Source: Clostridiales bacterium
GTDB taxonomy: Bacteria > Bacillota > Clostridia > Caldicoprobacterales > UBA3941
Length of the DNA: 61,784 nucleotides
Direction: 5' to 3'
Assembly (NCBI GenBank): GCA_012518535.1
Contig: JAAYRX010000176.1
Coordinates: 1 to 61,784, forward strand
Shown here piece after piece: positions 19,643 to 30,167 of the stretch (position 1 is its first letter; each line of letters begins with the position of its first letter). The notes beneath the pieces were generated by a model. The model ran no database searches and was not told the DNA's origin. It saw only the letters and a list, made by a program, of their open reading frames with translations. The position numbers and the translations under genes are program-made.

Positions 19643-20257
19643 TTGATAGGAAGATTGGGAGTATATGGTGGGACCTTTGATCCTATACATATGGGACATT
19701 TAATTGTAGCTGAGATGGCGAGACAGGAGTGTTGTCTTGATAAGGTGCTCTTTATCCCGGCGAAGATCCCACCTCATAAAAATGACAACCATATTAGCCC
19801 TGCAGACTATCGTTTTGAGATGACTGGTTTAGCCATCCGGGAAAATCCCTACTTTGATATAAGCGATTTAGAATTGAAGAGGCAAGGTATAAGCTATACC
19901 GTAGACAGCATCAAAGCTCTGAGTCAGGAGCAGTCCGACGAAAGCAAAATTTGGCTGATAGTGGGCGGGGATTCGTTTTTAGAGATAGATAGCTGGAAAG
20001 ATGCAGAGACAATAATGACGATGTGCAACTTTGCTGTGTACCTAAGGCCCAATTTTCCGACAGAGACATTGATGATCAAGGCTGAAAGGGTAAGAAAACG
20101 CTTCGATTCCAATGTACAATTCGTTGAAGCGCCTATGATCGGTATATCATCGACGGATATAAGAAATAGGGTATCTAGAGGAAAATCCATCAGATACATG
20201 GTGCCTGATGCGGTCGAAAAATATATTAGGGAGAAGGGGCTCTATACCGCGGACTAG
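19643..20257 (+). CDS. nadD: nicotinate-nucleotide adenylyltransferase
   Basis: It has the GGTFDPIHMGH (HxGH) motif and the SSTDIR motif. The start is TTG. Confidence 0.93.
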   Translation: MIGRLGVYGGTFDPIHMGHLIVAEMARQECCLDKVLFIPAKIPPHKNDNHISPADYRFEMTGLAIRENPYFDISDLELKRQGISYTVDSIKALSQEQSDESKIWLIVGGDSFLEIDSWKDAETIMTMCNFAVYLRPNFPTETLMIKAERVRKRFDSNVQFVEAPMIGISSTDIRNRVSRGKSIRYMVPDAVEKYIREKGLYTAD

Positions 20258-20340
20258 CAACTACAGGGATGAAAATTCAATCCCCAAAATTTAAACCATC
20301 GAGTCATTGTTTATGTAATACCTCTTAAATGGAGTATCAA

Positions 20341-20913
20341 ATGAACGAAAGACAAATTATTAATAGATTGGCTGAAATGTTGGAGTATGAGAGATTGCAA
20401 CATTCTATAAGGGTAATGGAAAGTGCCAGGAGTTTAGCCCGCCTACATCATACCGATGAGGATAAGGCGGCTATTGCAGGGTTGCTGCACGACTGTGCCA
20501 AGGGATTCAGTGGTAGTGAGCTGATAGAAAGGTCAAAGGAATATGGAATTGAATTGGACCAAATTAGTCTATGTCAAAGAGGCTTAATCCATGGTCCATT
20601 AGGAGCCAGAGTAGCAAATGATATTTTTGGAATAGAAGATATGGATATCCTATCAGCTATTGAATATCACACCTATGGCAAAAAGGATATGGGGTTTTTG
20701 GAGATGATCGTTTACCTGGCAGATCTGATCGAGCCTGCCCGCACCTTTGAAGGTGTAGACGAACTGAGGGATCTTGCATCAGAAGATCTGCAGGGTGCGA
20801 TGTTAAAGGCTTTGGACAATACCATTAAACGGGTTATTGCTAGGGGTGGACTAATCCATCCAAACACCTTGGAAGCACGCAATAGTATTATAATAAATAA
20901 GAGTAATTTATAG
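20341..20913 (+). CDS. yqeK: HD-domain phosphohydrolase YqeK (Ap4A hydrolase family)
   Basis: It has the HD motif LLHDCAK and the conserved nadD-yqeK-rsfS context. I prefer the ATG at 20341 (GGAG 6 nt upstream) over the listed 20329. Confidence 0.85.
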   Translation: MNERQIINRLAEMLEYERLQHSIRVMESARSLARLHHTDEDKAAIAGLLHDCAKGFSGSELIERSKEYGIELDQISLCQRGLIHGPLGARVANDIFGIEDMDILSAIEYHTYGKKDMGFLEMIVYLADLIEPARTFEGVDELRDLASEDLQGAMLKALDNTIKRVIARGGLIHPNTLEARNSIIINKSNL

Positions 20914-20921
20914 GAGGGGAT

Positions 20922-21278
20922 TTGTTGCCACTAAAATCAAAGCGTACCGCGCTGAAGATCGCTGGGATACTAAGGGATAAGAAGGCGCAGGATGTCACTG
21001 TCCTAGACATACATTCCCTGACCATTATTGCGGATTATTTTATCATAGCAAGTGGTCGTTCGGAATCTCAGGTGAAAGCCCTTTATGAGGAAGTGGAAGA
21101 AAAGATGAAGGAAGAGGGAATGGAGCCTAGACACCGTGACGGTCAACGGGGTAATCGTTGGGTTGTTTTGGATTATGGGGATATCATACTCCATGTATTC
21201 CACCAGGAAGAAAGGGAGTTCTATGGTTTGGAACGACTCTGGGCTGATGGTATACCCTTATCGGTTGACAACCTTTAA
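20922..21278 (+). CDS. rsfS: ribosome silencing factor RsfS
   Basis: Signatures DYFIIASGRSESQVKAL and WVVLDYGDIILHVFHQEEREFYGLERLW. The start may be TTG 20922 or 20925. Confidence 0.93.
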   Translation: MLPLKSKRTALKIAGILRDKKAQDVTVLDIHSLTIIADYFIIASGRSESQVKALYEEVEEKMKEEGMEPRHRDGQRGNRWVVLDYGDIILHVFHQEEREFYGLERLWADGIPLSVDNL

Positions 21279-21293
21279 TTGATACAATATAAT
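21265..21293 (+). promoter_or_regulatory. consensus sigma-A promoter of the leuS T-box leader
   Basis: TTGACA - 17 nt - TATAAT. The -35 lies inside the rsfS 3' end. Confidence 0.7.
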
Positions 21294-21299
21294 ATTTTA

Positions 21300-21590
21300 T
21301 TATTCTGAAAATGAATAGGAAACTACATTGGGAATAGTAGGATGTTGAAAAATTTCAGAGAGTCGACGGGTGGTGCAAGTCGATATTTTAAGATCTGAAC
21401 TCGCCCAGATCAAACTGTAGTGGCTCATCGCCTTATAGATGAAGAGTGGATGTTATAGGATGGTTTAAGCCAAGAATCGTAGGGATTAATTTAATCCGAT
21501 TTTTGGGCATTATCGATATTTCCTATGCAATCAAATAGGGTGGTACCGCGGGTAGACCTCTCGTCCCTAAAGGAACGAGGGGATTTTTTA
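21300..21590 (+). promoter_or_regulatory. T-box leader (leucine specifier CUC) with terminator
   Basis: It contains the AGAGAG box, GGTGCAA distal loop, specifier context GAACTCG, T-box AATAGGGTGGTACCGCGGG, and terminator cctctcgtccc..ggaacgagggg + tttttt. Confidence 0.9.
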
Positions 21591-21785
21591 TCTAATGAAT
21601 AAGTAATCCGGATTAAAAACATCGGGAGCAATTGCTACGATAATTCCAATGCATAGGTTAGATTTGAACCGAGTTGGAGATTTCTGACCATATACTATTT
21701 TTGCAACATGTGAAACAGGTAAAAAGCTTGATAGTATATAGTCCCGATAAGAAGCGTTTTTACAGGGCATATAGGAGGTAATGGT

Positions 21786-24263
21786 GTGAAATACGATTTT
21801 ACTGAAATTGAAAGAAAATGGCAGAAGAGATGGGAGGCTGAGGATGCCTTCAAAAGGGAGGAGGATCCAAACAAAGAAAAGTATTATATGCTGGAGATGT
21901 TTCCTTATCCCTCCGGGAACCTGCATATGGGGCATGTGAGGAACTATTCCATAGGTGATGTTATAGCACGATTTAAGACTATGCAAGGATACAATGTTAT
22001 TCACCCTATGGGCTGGGATTCCTTCGGCCTGCCGGCGGAAAACGCTGCCATTGAACGGGGTATTCATCCGGACCAGTGGACTCGCAGCAATATTGATACT
22101 ATGAGGGAACAGCTGAAGGGTTTGGGATTTAGCTACGACTGGAGCAGAGAGGTTGCTACCTCCAGCCCGGAATATTATAAATGGACCCAGTGGCTATTCC
22201 TCCAGTTCTACAAAAGGGGAATGGCCTACAAGAAGAAATCATCTGTTAATTGGTGTCCTTCATGTGAAACTGTCTTGGCTAATGAGCAGGTGGTAAATGG
22301 TGGCTGTGAGAGGTGCAGTACCGAGGTCACAAAAAAGGAACTGGAACAATGGTTTTTTAGGATAACTGAATATGCACAAAGGCTTCTTGACGATATTGAT
22401 AAGTTGCAAGACTGGCCTGAAAAGGTTAAGATTATGCAAAAAAATTGGATTGGAAGAAGCGAAGGGGCAATGGTATCCTTTCAGATTCATGGGTTCGATG
22501 ATAAGATTGAAGTGTTTACAACCAGACCGGATACCATATACGGAGTATCCTCTATGGTATTGGCCCCTGAACATCCCCTGGTCATCAAATTGGTAGAGGG
22601 TACGGAATATGAGGAGCCGGTAAAAGAATTCCGCAAAAGAATGGAACACCTTAGCGAGATAACAAGGACATCCACCGATGCAGAAAAAGAAGGTCTATTT
22701 ATAGGCAGATATGTAATAAATCCAATGAACGGAAAGGAAGTTCCACTTTTTATAGCCAACTATGTATTGATGGATTACGGAACAGGAGCTGTAATGGGGG
22801 TTCCTGCCCATGACCAAAGAGATTTTGAATTTGCTACCAAGTATGATTTGCCTATTGTACCGGTAATAAAGCCTAGAGACGAAACCATTGATCTGGATAA
22901 TCTGGATCAGGCTTTTGAAGCAGAGGGGATTATGATAAATTCGGGTCCCTTCGACGGGCTTGACAGCAAAGAGGGGATTTCCAAGGTGATAGAATATATG
23001 GAGGCCAAGGGTATCGGGGAAGGAAAGGTCAACTTCAGACTCAGAGATTGGCTGATATCCCGTCAAAGATATTGGGGAGCTCCCATTCCCATAATGTATT
23101 GTGATAAATGTGGCATGGTACCGGTGCCGGAAGAAGACCTTCCTGTGTTATTGCCTACGGATGTTAAGTTTTCGGGTAAGGGCAACTCACCCCTTGCCAC
23201 CAGCGAATCATTCGTTCATGCCACATGCCCAAAGTGTGATGGAAGTGCCAGACGTGAAGTTGATACCATGGATACCTTTGTATGCTCATCCTTCTACTTT
23301 CTAAGGTTTACGGATCCTAATAATCATGACCATCCTTTTACTATGGATAAGACCAGGTATTGGATGCCTGTAGATCAATATGTAGGCGGGGTAGAACATG
23401 CTATTCTCCATTTGCTATATGCACGCTTTTTTATCAAGGTGCTCTATGATATGGGTCTTGCGCCGGTAGAGGAACCCTTTTCCAGGCTTTTAACCCAGGG
23501 CATGGTCTTAAAGGATGGGGCGAAAATGTCCAAGTCCAAGGGTAATACCGTAAGTCCGGAGGAGATCGTTGCAAAATATGGAGCTGATACAGCCCGTCTG
23601 TTTATACTCTTTGGTGCTCCCCCGGAGAGGGATCTTGAATGGAGTGATCAAGGGGTAGAGGGCAGTTTCAGATTCCTGAATCGAATTTGGAGGTTGGTAA
23701 CTGAATCCTACCAAGTAGTCAAAGACAATGATCTGGGAACGGAGGATAGCCTGTCCGGTCAGGAGAAAGAATTGAGATATGTGCTTCACAACACGATTAA
23801 GAGGGTTACAACGGATATAGGTGAACGTTTCAACTTCAATACGGCCATCAGCGCTATCATGGAGTTGGTCAATGCGACTTATGACTATTTGGAAAAGAAC
23901 AAGGATGGCAACCTCAATAGGGGTATATTGAAGGAGACTGTCACCAGTATGCTTATGATGCTGGCACCTTTTTCTCCCCATATAGCTTCGGAACTGTGGG
24001 AACTTATTGGCATGGAAGGCAGTGTGCATGAACAGATATGGCCGAAATGGGATCCCAAGGCTTTGATTAAGGATGAAATAGAGGTAGTGGTACAGGTAAA
24101 TGGAAAGCTCAGAGGGCGCCTGACAATATCGGCTGAGGCCACCAGGGAAGAAATGGAAAAAATTGCATTAGGACATGAGAAAATCAAGGAATTTATAGCC
24201 GGCAAGAACATAGTCAGGGTTATAGCAGTACCAAAAAAACTGGTCAATATCGTGGTCAGGTGA
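21786..24263 (+). CDS. leuS: leucine--tRNA ligase
   Basis: It has the HIGH-type motif PSGNLHMGH and KMSKS (AKMSKSKGN). Length is 825 aa. The start is GTG 7 nt after AGGAGG, and an in-frame TAG at 21732 blocks any extension. Confidence 0.97.
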   Translation: MKYDFTEIERKWQKRWEAEDAFKREEDPNKEKYYMLEMFPYPSGNLHMGHVRNYSIGDVIARFKTMQGYNVIHPMGWDSFGLPAENAAIERGIHPDQWTRSNIDTMREQLKGLGFSYDWSREVATSSPEYYKWTQWLFLQFYKRGMAYKKKSSVNWCPSCETVLANEQVVNGGCERCSTEVTKKELEQWFFRITEYAQRLLDDIDKLQDWPEKVKIMQKNWIGRSEGAMVSFQIHGFDDKIEVFTTRPDTIYGVSSMVLAPEHPLVIKLVEGTEYEEPVKEFRKRMEHLSEITRTSTDAEKEGLFIGRYVINPMNGKEVPLFIANYVLMDYGTGAVMGVPAHDQRDFEFATKYDLPIVPVIKPRDETIDLDNLDQAFEAEGIMINSGPFDGLDSKEGISKVIEYMEAKGIGEGKVNFRLRDWLISRQRYWGAPIPIMYCDKCGMVPVPEEDLPVLLPTDVKFSGKGNSPLATSESFVHATCPKCDGSARREVDTMDTFVCSSFYFLRFTDPNNHDHPFTMDKTRYWMPVDQYVGGVEHAILHLLYARFFIKVLYDMGLAPVEEPFSRLLTQGMVLKDGAKMSKSKGNTVSPEEIVAKYGADTARLFILFGAPPERDLEWSDQGVEGSFRFLNRIWRLVTESYQVVKDNDLGTEDSLSGQEKELRYVLHNTIKRVTTDIGERFNFNTAISAIMELVNATYDYLEKNKDGNLNRGILKETVTSMLMMLAPFSPHIASELWELIGMEGSVHEQIWPKWDPKALIKDEIEVVVQVNGKLRGRLTISAEATREEMEKIALGHEKIKEFIAGKNIVRVIAVPKKLVNIVVR

Positions 24264-24342
24264 GATACAGTCATGCCGATCGAACAATATAAAGTGCCAG
24301 GGCATACGATTATGAGTTGACGCATAATATGATTTGTAAAAT

Positions 24343-24377
24343 AGAAGAAGATAGCCATTCAATGGCTATCTTCTTCT
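24343..24377. terminator. bidirectional terminator between leuS and the carboxypeptidase gene
   Basis: Perfect 17-nt inverted repeat agaagaagatagccatt c aatggctatcttcttct. The right arm encodes the RRR C-terminus of the minus-strand gene. Confidence 0.65.
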
Positions 24378-25817
24378 GTATACATACCTTCTCCTTTTCC
24401 GCCTTAGGGTTATTGCCCTAAGGTAAAGGATGAAGATGATTAAGACAAACAAGCCGGTTCCTAAGGCAATCTTCTGCCATAGGTTTAGATCGTACCATAA
24501 GGTCAGATATGGAATAGAAATACCATCCCGCAACTTGGCAGAGAAATCCGGACTTCTTATCTCCTTTATTTCAACGGATTTTGATGTTATTAGATCAATT
24601 CTATCAAGAATGGTTTCTCCAAGTCGGAAGGTTATGGTTCCAACTTTTTGGTATTTGGAAACCGGGGCAGGCAAGGAAATTATATTTCTTCCATCCTCCG
24701 AATTCTGAATGACCTCCGGCTCCCATTGTATTTCATGGCTGATCTTGGATATTTGGTCCTTGCGTATGAAGTGGGTTGGGGACTCATCCATTAAAACTCT
24801 AACCCAATCGGTGGTAGAGTTGCCCGTTATATGCAGAATATCCACCTGTTCACCTTTGGTAAAGGGCTGATATCTTACGAAATTATTAAACCCATAATCC
24901 AGGAGATTAGCAGAATCAATCCATTTGCCGTCCTTGGTAGTGTTACTTAGAACAACAGTCAACAGCTCGATGCCATCTCTATGGGCCATGGCCACAAGAC
25001 AATGCATGGCGTTTGATGTATAACCGGTTTTTCCTCCTATGGCATGTTGGTAGTAGTATTTACTATTGGGTTGAATCAATGCATTGGTATTTCTCCAATA
25101 CCTTATTTCCTTCTCCTCAACCGTGGGATCATGTGCACTGGACCAATCGGGTATAGTAAACATTTGCGTGCCAATTATTTCCCTGAAGGTATCATATGTC
25201 ATGGCTTCCCGTGTAATAAGGGCCAAATCATGAGCTGTAGTATAATGATTATCATGATGATACCCGTCGGGATTTACGAAGTTTGAATGGGCAGCACCCA
25301 GTTCTCTGGAGCGCCTATTCATAAGGGCAACAAAGACCTCTAAGGCCTCGTCTATGGATAGACTTGAATCCTCTTTGACCTTTCTGCCAATATGTACTGC
25401 AATGACATAGGCGGCATCGTTCCCCGAAGGTAGCATTAGACCATAGAGCAGATTTCTAAGTGAAATCTTTTCGTGTAAATCAAGGCCTGCCCTGCTACTA
25501 TCGCGAGCACATAGGTTGGCCTCGTTTCCAACGGTTACTATTTCATCCAAATCTCCATATTCCAATGCCAGCAATCCTGTTAATATCTTTGTGGTGCTAG
25601 CTGGATAAAGTCGTTTATTTACATCCTTAGAAAAAAGTATGTCCCCGTTTTCCAAGGCCATCAAAACAGCACCCTGAGCATCAAGTTCAATACTGTTTGT
25701 TTTTGTATTAGAAAGGACGGTGATATCTACTGGGTCCCCATCCGGTGTTGCTTGTATTGGGCTGGCAAAGGAAATTAAACAAATTAGTACCAAAAATACT
25801 GCCATTATTTTTCTCAT
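24366..25817 (-). CDS. D-alanyl-D-alanine carboxypeptidase (PBP5/DacB-like serine peptidase S11) with a C-terminal membrane anchor
   Basis: It has a signal peptide and the motifs SxxK (ASTTKIL), SGN (LPSGND) and KTG (GGKTGYT). The C-terminus has a TM segment plus a basic tail. Confidence 0.88.
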   Translation of the reverse strand: MRKIMAVFLVLICLISFASPIQATPDGDPVDITVLSNTKTNSIELDAQGAVLMALENGDILFSKDVNKRLYPASTTKILTGLLALEYGDLDEIVTVGNEANLCARDSSRAGLDLHEKISLRNLLYGLMLPSGNDAAYVIAVHIGRKVKEDSSLSIDEALEVFVALMNRRSRELGAAHSNFVNPDGYHHDNHYTTAHDLALITREAMTYDTFREIIGTQMFTIPDWSSAHDPTVEEKEIRYWRNTNALIQPNSKYYYQHAIGGKTGYTSNAMHCLVAMAHRDGIELLTVVLSNTTKDGKWIDSANLLDYGFNNFVRYQPFTKGEQVDILHITGNSTTDWVRVLMDESPTHFIRKDQISKISHEIQWEPEVIQNSEDGRNIISLPAPVSKYQKVGTITFRLGETILDRIDLITSKSVEIKEIRSPDFSAKLRDGISIPYLTLWYDLNLWQKIALGTGLFVLIIFILYLRAITLRRKRRRYVYRRR

Positions 25818-26031
25818 CTCAACCCCACACCCTCTAATACATTATAAGTTATCCTTAAGTATAGCAGATGATCTATGGATTTGTACAGGAAAAAGCCCAT
25901 AAAAGGATATGAAAAAAGAGGAATTTACTAAATGGGATAGAATAAAGAATATAGGATCAGGTATATTAACCGTATCAGTAATAGCAGGCCTTATTAGCAA
26001 CATATGCAGGCAATAGTGAATGTGATTAAGG

Positions 26032-26688
26032 ATGATCGTAATGGTACAAATTCAAAGCAAACACATTAAGTTCATAGCTGTTATTGGGGTTATATTGATA
26101 GGCATACTTTCCTCCATCATCTTTAAAGACAGTATTTTTCAAAGAAACAACTCCGAAGGTGTAGTAATTGTATCTCAGGAGAAGTCAAAGGAACCGGAAA
26201 CCCATAACGGGAGCGATAGCATCCAGCAGGGAGAAAAGCATGACCTTGAAGCTCCCGCCACCATAAAGATCTATATAACAGGGCAGGTCAGATATCCAGG
26301 GGTTATTGAAGTTCCTTCAGATTCCCGCCTTATCGAAGCAGTAGAATTGGCTGGCGGATTACTCGATGATGCAGATCTGTTAAAGGTCAACCTGGCCCTG
26401 CGAGTCCAGGACGAGGGTATGTATATAATTCCTAAGATAGGCGATGAGTCACCGGCAGTTAATTCCGCCGGTACGGGGATGAATGAAGGGAAGAGCAAAA
26501 TTAATATAAATACGGCAGATCAGGGTCAATTAGAAACCCTACCCCGTATCGGTCCGGTGATTGCTGGTAACATTATTAATTACAGGGAGCAAAATGGTGC
26601 TTTTAGAAGTGAAGAGGATTTGATGAACGTGCCTGGAATTGGTCAAAAGACCTTTGATGGATTAAAGGCTCTTATTACGGTAAAATGA
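26032..26688 (+). CDS. comEA: competence protein ComEA (SLBB + helix-hairpin-helix DNA-binding)
   Basis: It has an N-terminal TM segment, an SLBB-like segment (IKIYITGQVRYPGVIEV) and a C-terminal HhH pair (NINTADQGQLETLPRIGPVIAGNIINYREQNGAF...VPGIGQKTF). Confidence 0.85.
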   Translation: MIVMVQIQSKHIKFIAVIGVILIGILSSIIFKDSIFQRNNSEGVVIVSQEKSKEPETHNGSDSIQQGEKHDLEAPATIKIYITGQVRYPGVIEVPSDSRLIEAVELAGGLLDDADLLKVNLALRVQDEGMYIIPKIGDESPAVNSAGTGMNEGKSKININTADQGQLETLPRIGPVIAGNIINYREQNGAFRSEEDLMNVPGIGQKTFDGLKALITVK

Positions 26689-26746
26689 TCATAATTATAT
26701 GTGCCTGCAAATGCGACACATGATGCCAGCCAGCCAGGGAACAGAA

Positions 26747-26775
26747 TTGATTTTGACGGATGCCTATGGTAGTAT
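26747..26775 (+). promoter_or_regulatory. possible sigma-A promoter of the two-component operon
   Basis: TTGATT - 17 nt - TAGTAT. Confidence 0.35.
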
Positions 26776-26866
26776 CTAGTTGTGGTGATTTCGTAGGCAG
26801 TAAAGAATTTCAACCGACCGGTTACTTTTCGCAGGCATTTTATTAAGGAAAGGGAAGTGACGCGTA

Positions 26867-27556
26867 ATGCAGAAGAATCTTTTGATAGTAGATGACGAAC
26901 CAGCCATCATAAAAGGACTGAAATTTAGTTTGGAACAGGATGGGTACAATATTGTAGAGGCTTATGACGGGCAAGAGGCCGTTGATAAGTTCTTTAGTGA
27001 GGAATTTGATTTAGTCGTGTTGGATGTCATGCTTCCCGGGTTGAATGGTTTTGAGGTTTTGCAGCGGATACGTGAGAAATCTTCTGTTCCTGTAATTATG
27101 CTTACGGCTAAAGGCGAGGATATGGATAAGATCCTAGGTTTGGAATATGGAGCCGATGATTATATAACAAAGCCGTTTAATATCCTTGAACTTAAGGCAA
27201 GGATTAAGGCGATATTTAGAAGATCCAATCATAACGAAAGCAGGAGTCAGGAGCAGGTCATAAGAATCCATGATATGACGATAAATATTGCCAACAGAAG
27301 CGTGGTTATAGATGGGGAGGACGTGAACTTGACCGCCAAAGAATTTGATCTTCTTCAATTATTTGCTTCCAACCCAGGAAAAGTATATAGTAGAGAGAAC
27401 TTGCTGGAGACCGTATGGAAATATGATTATCTTGGCGATTTACGAACGGTAGATGTGCATATACGCAGGTTGAGGGAAAAAATAGAGAGGAATCCCAGCC
27501 AACCTGAGTATATCTTTACTAAATGGGGAGTGGGGTACTACTTTGTGGATAAATAA
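26867..27556 (+). CDS. OmpR/PhoB-family response regulator (WalR-like)
   Basis: The receiver domain has DD..D (LIVDDEP, VVLDVMLPG) and K (TKPF). The C-terminal domain is a winged helix (LTAKEFDLLQLF ... VDVHIRRLREKIE). Confidence 0.92.
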   Translation: MQKNLLIVDDEPAIIKGLKFSLEQDGYNIVEAYDGQEAVDKFFSEEFDLVVLDVMLPGLNGFEVLQRIREKSSVPVIMLTAKGEDMDKILGLEYGADDYITKPFNILELKARIKAIFRRSNHNESRSQEQVIRIHDMTINIANRSVVIDGEDVNLTAKEFDLLQLFASNPGKVYSRENLLETVWKYDYLGDLRTVDVHIRRLREKIERNPSQPEYIFTKWGVGYYFVDK

Positions 27557-29036
27557 AAAAACATTTCAGAGCCTACGATGGAGAATTGCAATCGCCTATC
27601 TCATACTTATTGGGATAGGCTTTGTGGTTATCAATTTAACGATATTGAAGTTATTTGAAAATCGCCAGATTTATGACAAGAAAGAACGGTTTAGGGCTTA
27701 TGCAGTACAGGTAGCCCAAGTTATATCCAAGGATTATTCCAGTGCTGACACTGTAATAAAGGAAAATATAATATTTACCATCAGCCAAATAGGGGAAGAT
27801 ATAATGTATCGTGAAGGGGGTCAGCCTACACGGATTCTAGTCCTGGATTCCAATGGCATTGTAGATTTTGATTCTTATAACGACTTGAGCGAGAATGGCT
27901 TTTTAAAGAGAAACCTTCGAAATGAGTTCCCTATAATAGATGATTTGCTGATGGGTAAAGATTTAGACCCTACAGTTCTATATATAGGGGATAGATTGAT
28001 GGGTCAAAAATGGGTAATGTATTCATATTCACCCATTATATATGGTAGCGAAAAAATCACTGGTGCAGTTATTTTATCTACCTCTCTTTCAGACATAGGC
28101 GAAATACTTGAAGCGATAAGAACAATGCTCTTCAGGTCATCCCTTCTAATCGTTGTATTTGTTATTTTGGTTAGTTTTGGCATAAGTGCATACATAACCA
28201 GGCCAATAAAATCATTGACAGATGTAATACGGAAAATGGGTCAAGGCCACCTGGGTCAGAGGGTCAAGGTCAGAGGTGTTGGGGAATTTCGTGAATTGGG
28301 AGAAGCTTTTAATATAATGAGTGAAAAATTGGAGAACCTGGACAGAGCCAGAAATGAGTTTGTTTCCAATGCATCTCATGAGCTTAAAACCCCACTAAGC
28401 GCCATCAAGGTTTTGGCTGAATCATTGATTCATATGGGTGGCGACGTTTCAGAGATTTATATCGAATTCTTAACTGATATTAATGATGAGATTGATCGAT
28501 TAAATGCAATAATAACGGACTTATTATCCCTGGTAGAGATGGATGCCCATGAGAAGGCGGGGGAGAAGAAGGAGCTGGTGGACCTATCCCATTTGGCGGA
28601 GAAGACTGTAAGGGGGTTAAATGTTCTGGCAAAGGACAAAAATATAAGCTTGCATACCACCATTCAGGATAGAACCATGACGACGGGAAATACTGTTCGA
28701 TTACAGCAGGCCATTAGCAATTTGGTGGACAATGCCATTAAATATACACCGGATGGGGGTCAGGTTATAGTGGATGTCTACCAAGAAGAGGATCAGGCAA
28801 TTATAAAGATTTCTGATACGGGGATAGGTATACCCAAGGAAGACATACCCCATATATTTGACCGATTTTTCCGGGTGGATAAAGCCAGATCCAGGTATAC
28901 CGGAGGAACAGGTTTGGGCTTGTCAATTACCCAGAGGATAATTTTATTACACGGCGGCAGTATAAAAGTGGATAGTGAAGAGGGAAGAGGAACCACTTTT
29001 ATAATTAATCTGCCCCTTTGGGAGGCTGAAGTATAA
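27543..29036 (+). CDS. sensor histidine kinase (2 TM, ~150-aa extracytoplasmic domain, HAMP, HisKA, HATPase_c)
   Basis: It has the H-box SHELKTPL, the N-box DNAIKYT, and G-boxes DTGIGI and GGTGLGLSI. The TTG start overlaps the regulator gene by 14 nt. Confidence 0.92.
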   Translation: MWINKKTFQSLRWRIAIAYLILIGIGFVVINLTILKLFENRQIYDKKERFRAYAVQVAQVISKDYSSADTVIKENIIFTISQIGEDIMYREGGQPTRILVLDSNGIVDFDSYNDLSENGFLKRNLRNEFPIIDDLLMGKDLDPTVLYIGDRLMGQKWVMYSYSPIIYGSEKITGAVILSTSLSDIGEILEAIRTMLFRSSLLIVVFVILVSFGISAYITRPIKSLTDVIRKMGQGHLGQRVKVRGVGEFRELGEAFNIMSEKLENLDRARNEFVSNASHELKTPLSAIKVLAESLIHMGGDVSEIYIEFLTDINDEIDRLNAIITDLLSLVEMDAHEKAGEKKELVDLSHLAEKTVRGLNVLAKDKNISLHTTIQDRTMTTGNTVRLQQAISNLVDNAIKYTPDGGQVIVDVYQEEDQAIIKISDTGIGIPKEDIPHIFDRFFRVDKARSRYTGGTGLGLSITQRIILLHGGSIKVDSEEGRGTTFIINLPLWEAEV

Positions 29037-29135
29037 ATATGCTTTATTAAAATGTTAACCTTGCTTAAACCTTTTGTAATTTTAATCCCCTATAATATAT
29101 GTGTTCATGACCCAGTAGGAACCGGAGGTGGAACA

Positions 29136-30167
29136 TTGGGTAAGAAATTTTGGTATATAGTCCTATTTATAATACTGGTTATTATAGTCGCCGGTTGTGA
29201 TACCATGGGTGGTAAGGATTATAACAATGAAAACGAAAAAGAGGGAAATCAGACCGCTAACGAGAAGGTTTTGTCTATAGATCCAGATCCAAGGCCGGAA
29301 GAATATACTTTTACCCTCTATTTTAAGCATAAATTTTCTGACTATCTGATACCCGAGATAAGAACAGCTATTAGGGATAAGCAATCTGTAGAACAGTTAT
29401 TGGTTGAGGAGCTCCTGAAGGGGCCCAGTCAACACGATCGGATCTCGATAATGCCCGCAGGTGTGAAAGTTCTGGATGTGACTAGAAAAGGGGAAACCGT
29501 GTTCGTTAACCTAAGCCAGGAGTTTACCGATGAAATCAGTCTAAATGAGATCCCCGGCAAGGAAGAGATACCCGAGGACAGAAGGGCTACCGTCAAAGCC
29601 GAGATGAAGCGTCTGGGAATCTATTCCATAGTGAATTCCTTAACTGAATTGGAAGGTGTAAATCAAGTTAAATTCCTGGTTGAGAATAGGGGAATTTCCT
29701 ACACGGATATGGATAAGGAATTAGGAAAGTTGTTGTTTCCTGAATCAGCTGAATCGGAAGATGGGCAGTTTGCAAATGCCGTATTGGTAGCACTAGGTAG
29801 AGATAGATCCTATATATTAACCCCATCGAAGTCCGTGGATTTAGTTTTTAAAGGTTTAGTTGGGGAGCCCAAATGGGATAGAGTCTATCCCTTGCTTGCA
29901 AAGGAAACCATGGGGAAGGATAATCTCCCAAGCAAGGAAGAATTGGCTAGTCTGTGGTCGGCAGTGGTAGCAAGCATTGAATTGGAAAGTGCTTTCATTA
30001 TTGATGAGGAAATAAAGCCGGATGGCAAAGCCTTTGTTACTGTATCATATAATGTCACCTTTACCTCTGGGAAAAAGGAAAAGAGACAAGGGGATATGAT
30101 TAGTGTGGTGGATGAGGATAATATCTGGAAGGTGAAGCTACCCGATTTTGTTAGTGAGTTCCGTTAA
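29136..30167 (+). CDS. lipoprotein with a GerMN domain
   Basis: It has the lipobox IIVAGC. The GerMN-like segment is FTLYFKH...LIPEIRTA...LLVEELLKGPS...GVKVLDVTRKGETVFVNLSQEF. I prefer the TTG start at 29136, 5 nt after GGAGGTG; the listed ORF starts at 29052. Confidence 0.65.
   Translation: MGKKFWYIVLFIILVIIVAGCDTMGGKDYNNENEKEGNQTANEKVLSIDPDPRPEEYTFTLYFKHKFSDYLIPEIRTAIRDKQSVEQLLVEELLKGPSQHDRISIMPAGVKVLDVTRKGETVFVNLSQEFTDEISLNEIPGKEEIPEDRRATVKAEMKRLGIYSIVNSLTELEGVNQVKFLVENRGISYTDMDKELGKLLFPESAESEDGQFANAVLVALGRDRSYILTPSKSVDLVFKGLVGEPKWDRVYPLLAKETMGKDNLPSKEELASLWSAVVASIELESAFIIDEEIKPDGKAFVTVSYNVTFTSGKKEKRQGDMISVVDEDNIWKVKLPDFVSEFR

Noticed and set aside
21588-24358. Long antisense ORFs inside leuS (21588..22067, 22260..22649, 22695..23066, 23508..24029, 23885..24358)
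   Set aside because: All lie opposite a strongly supported, highly conserved leuS reading frame. They have no start context and their translations are low-complexity. They are typical shadow ORFs.
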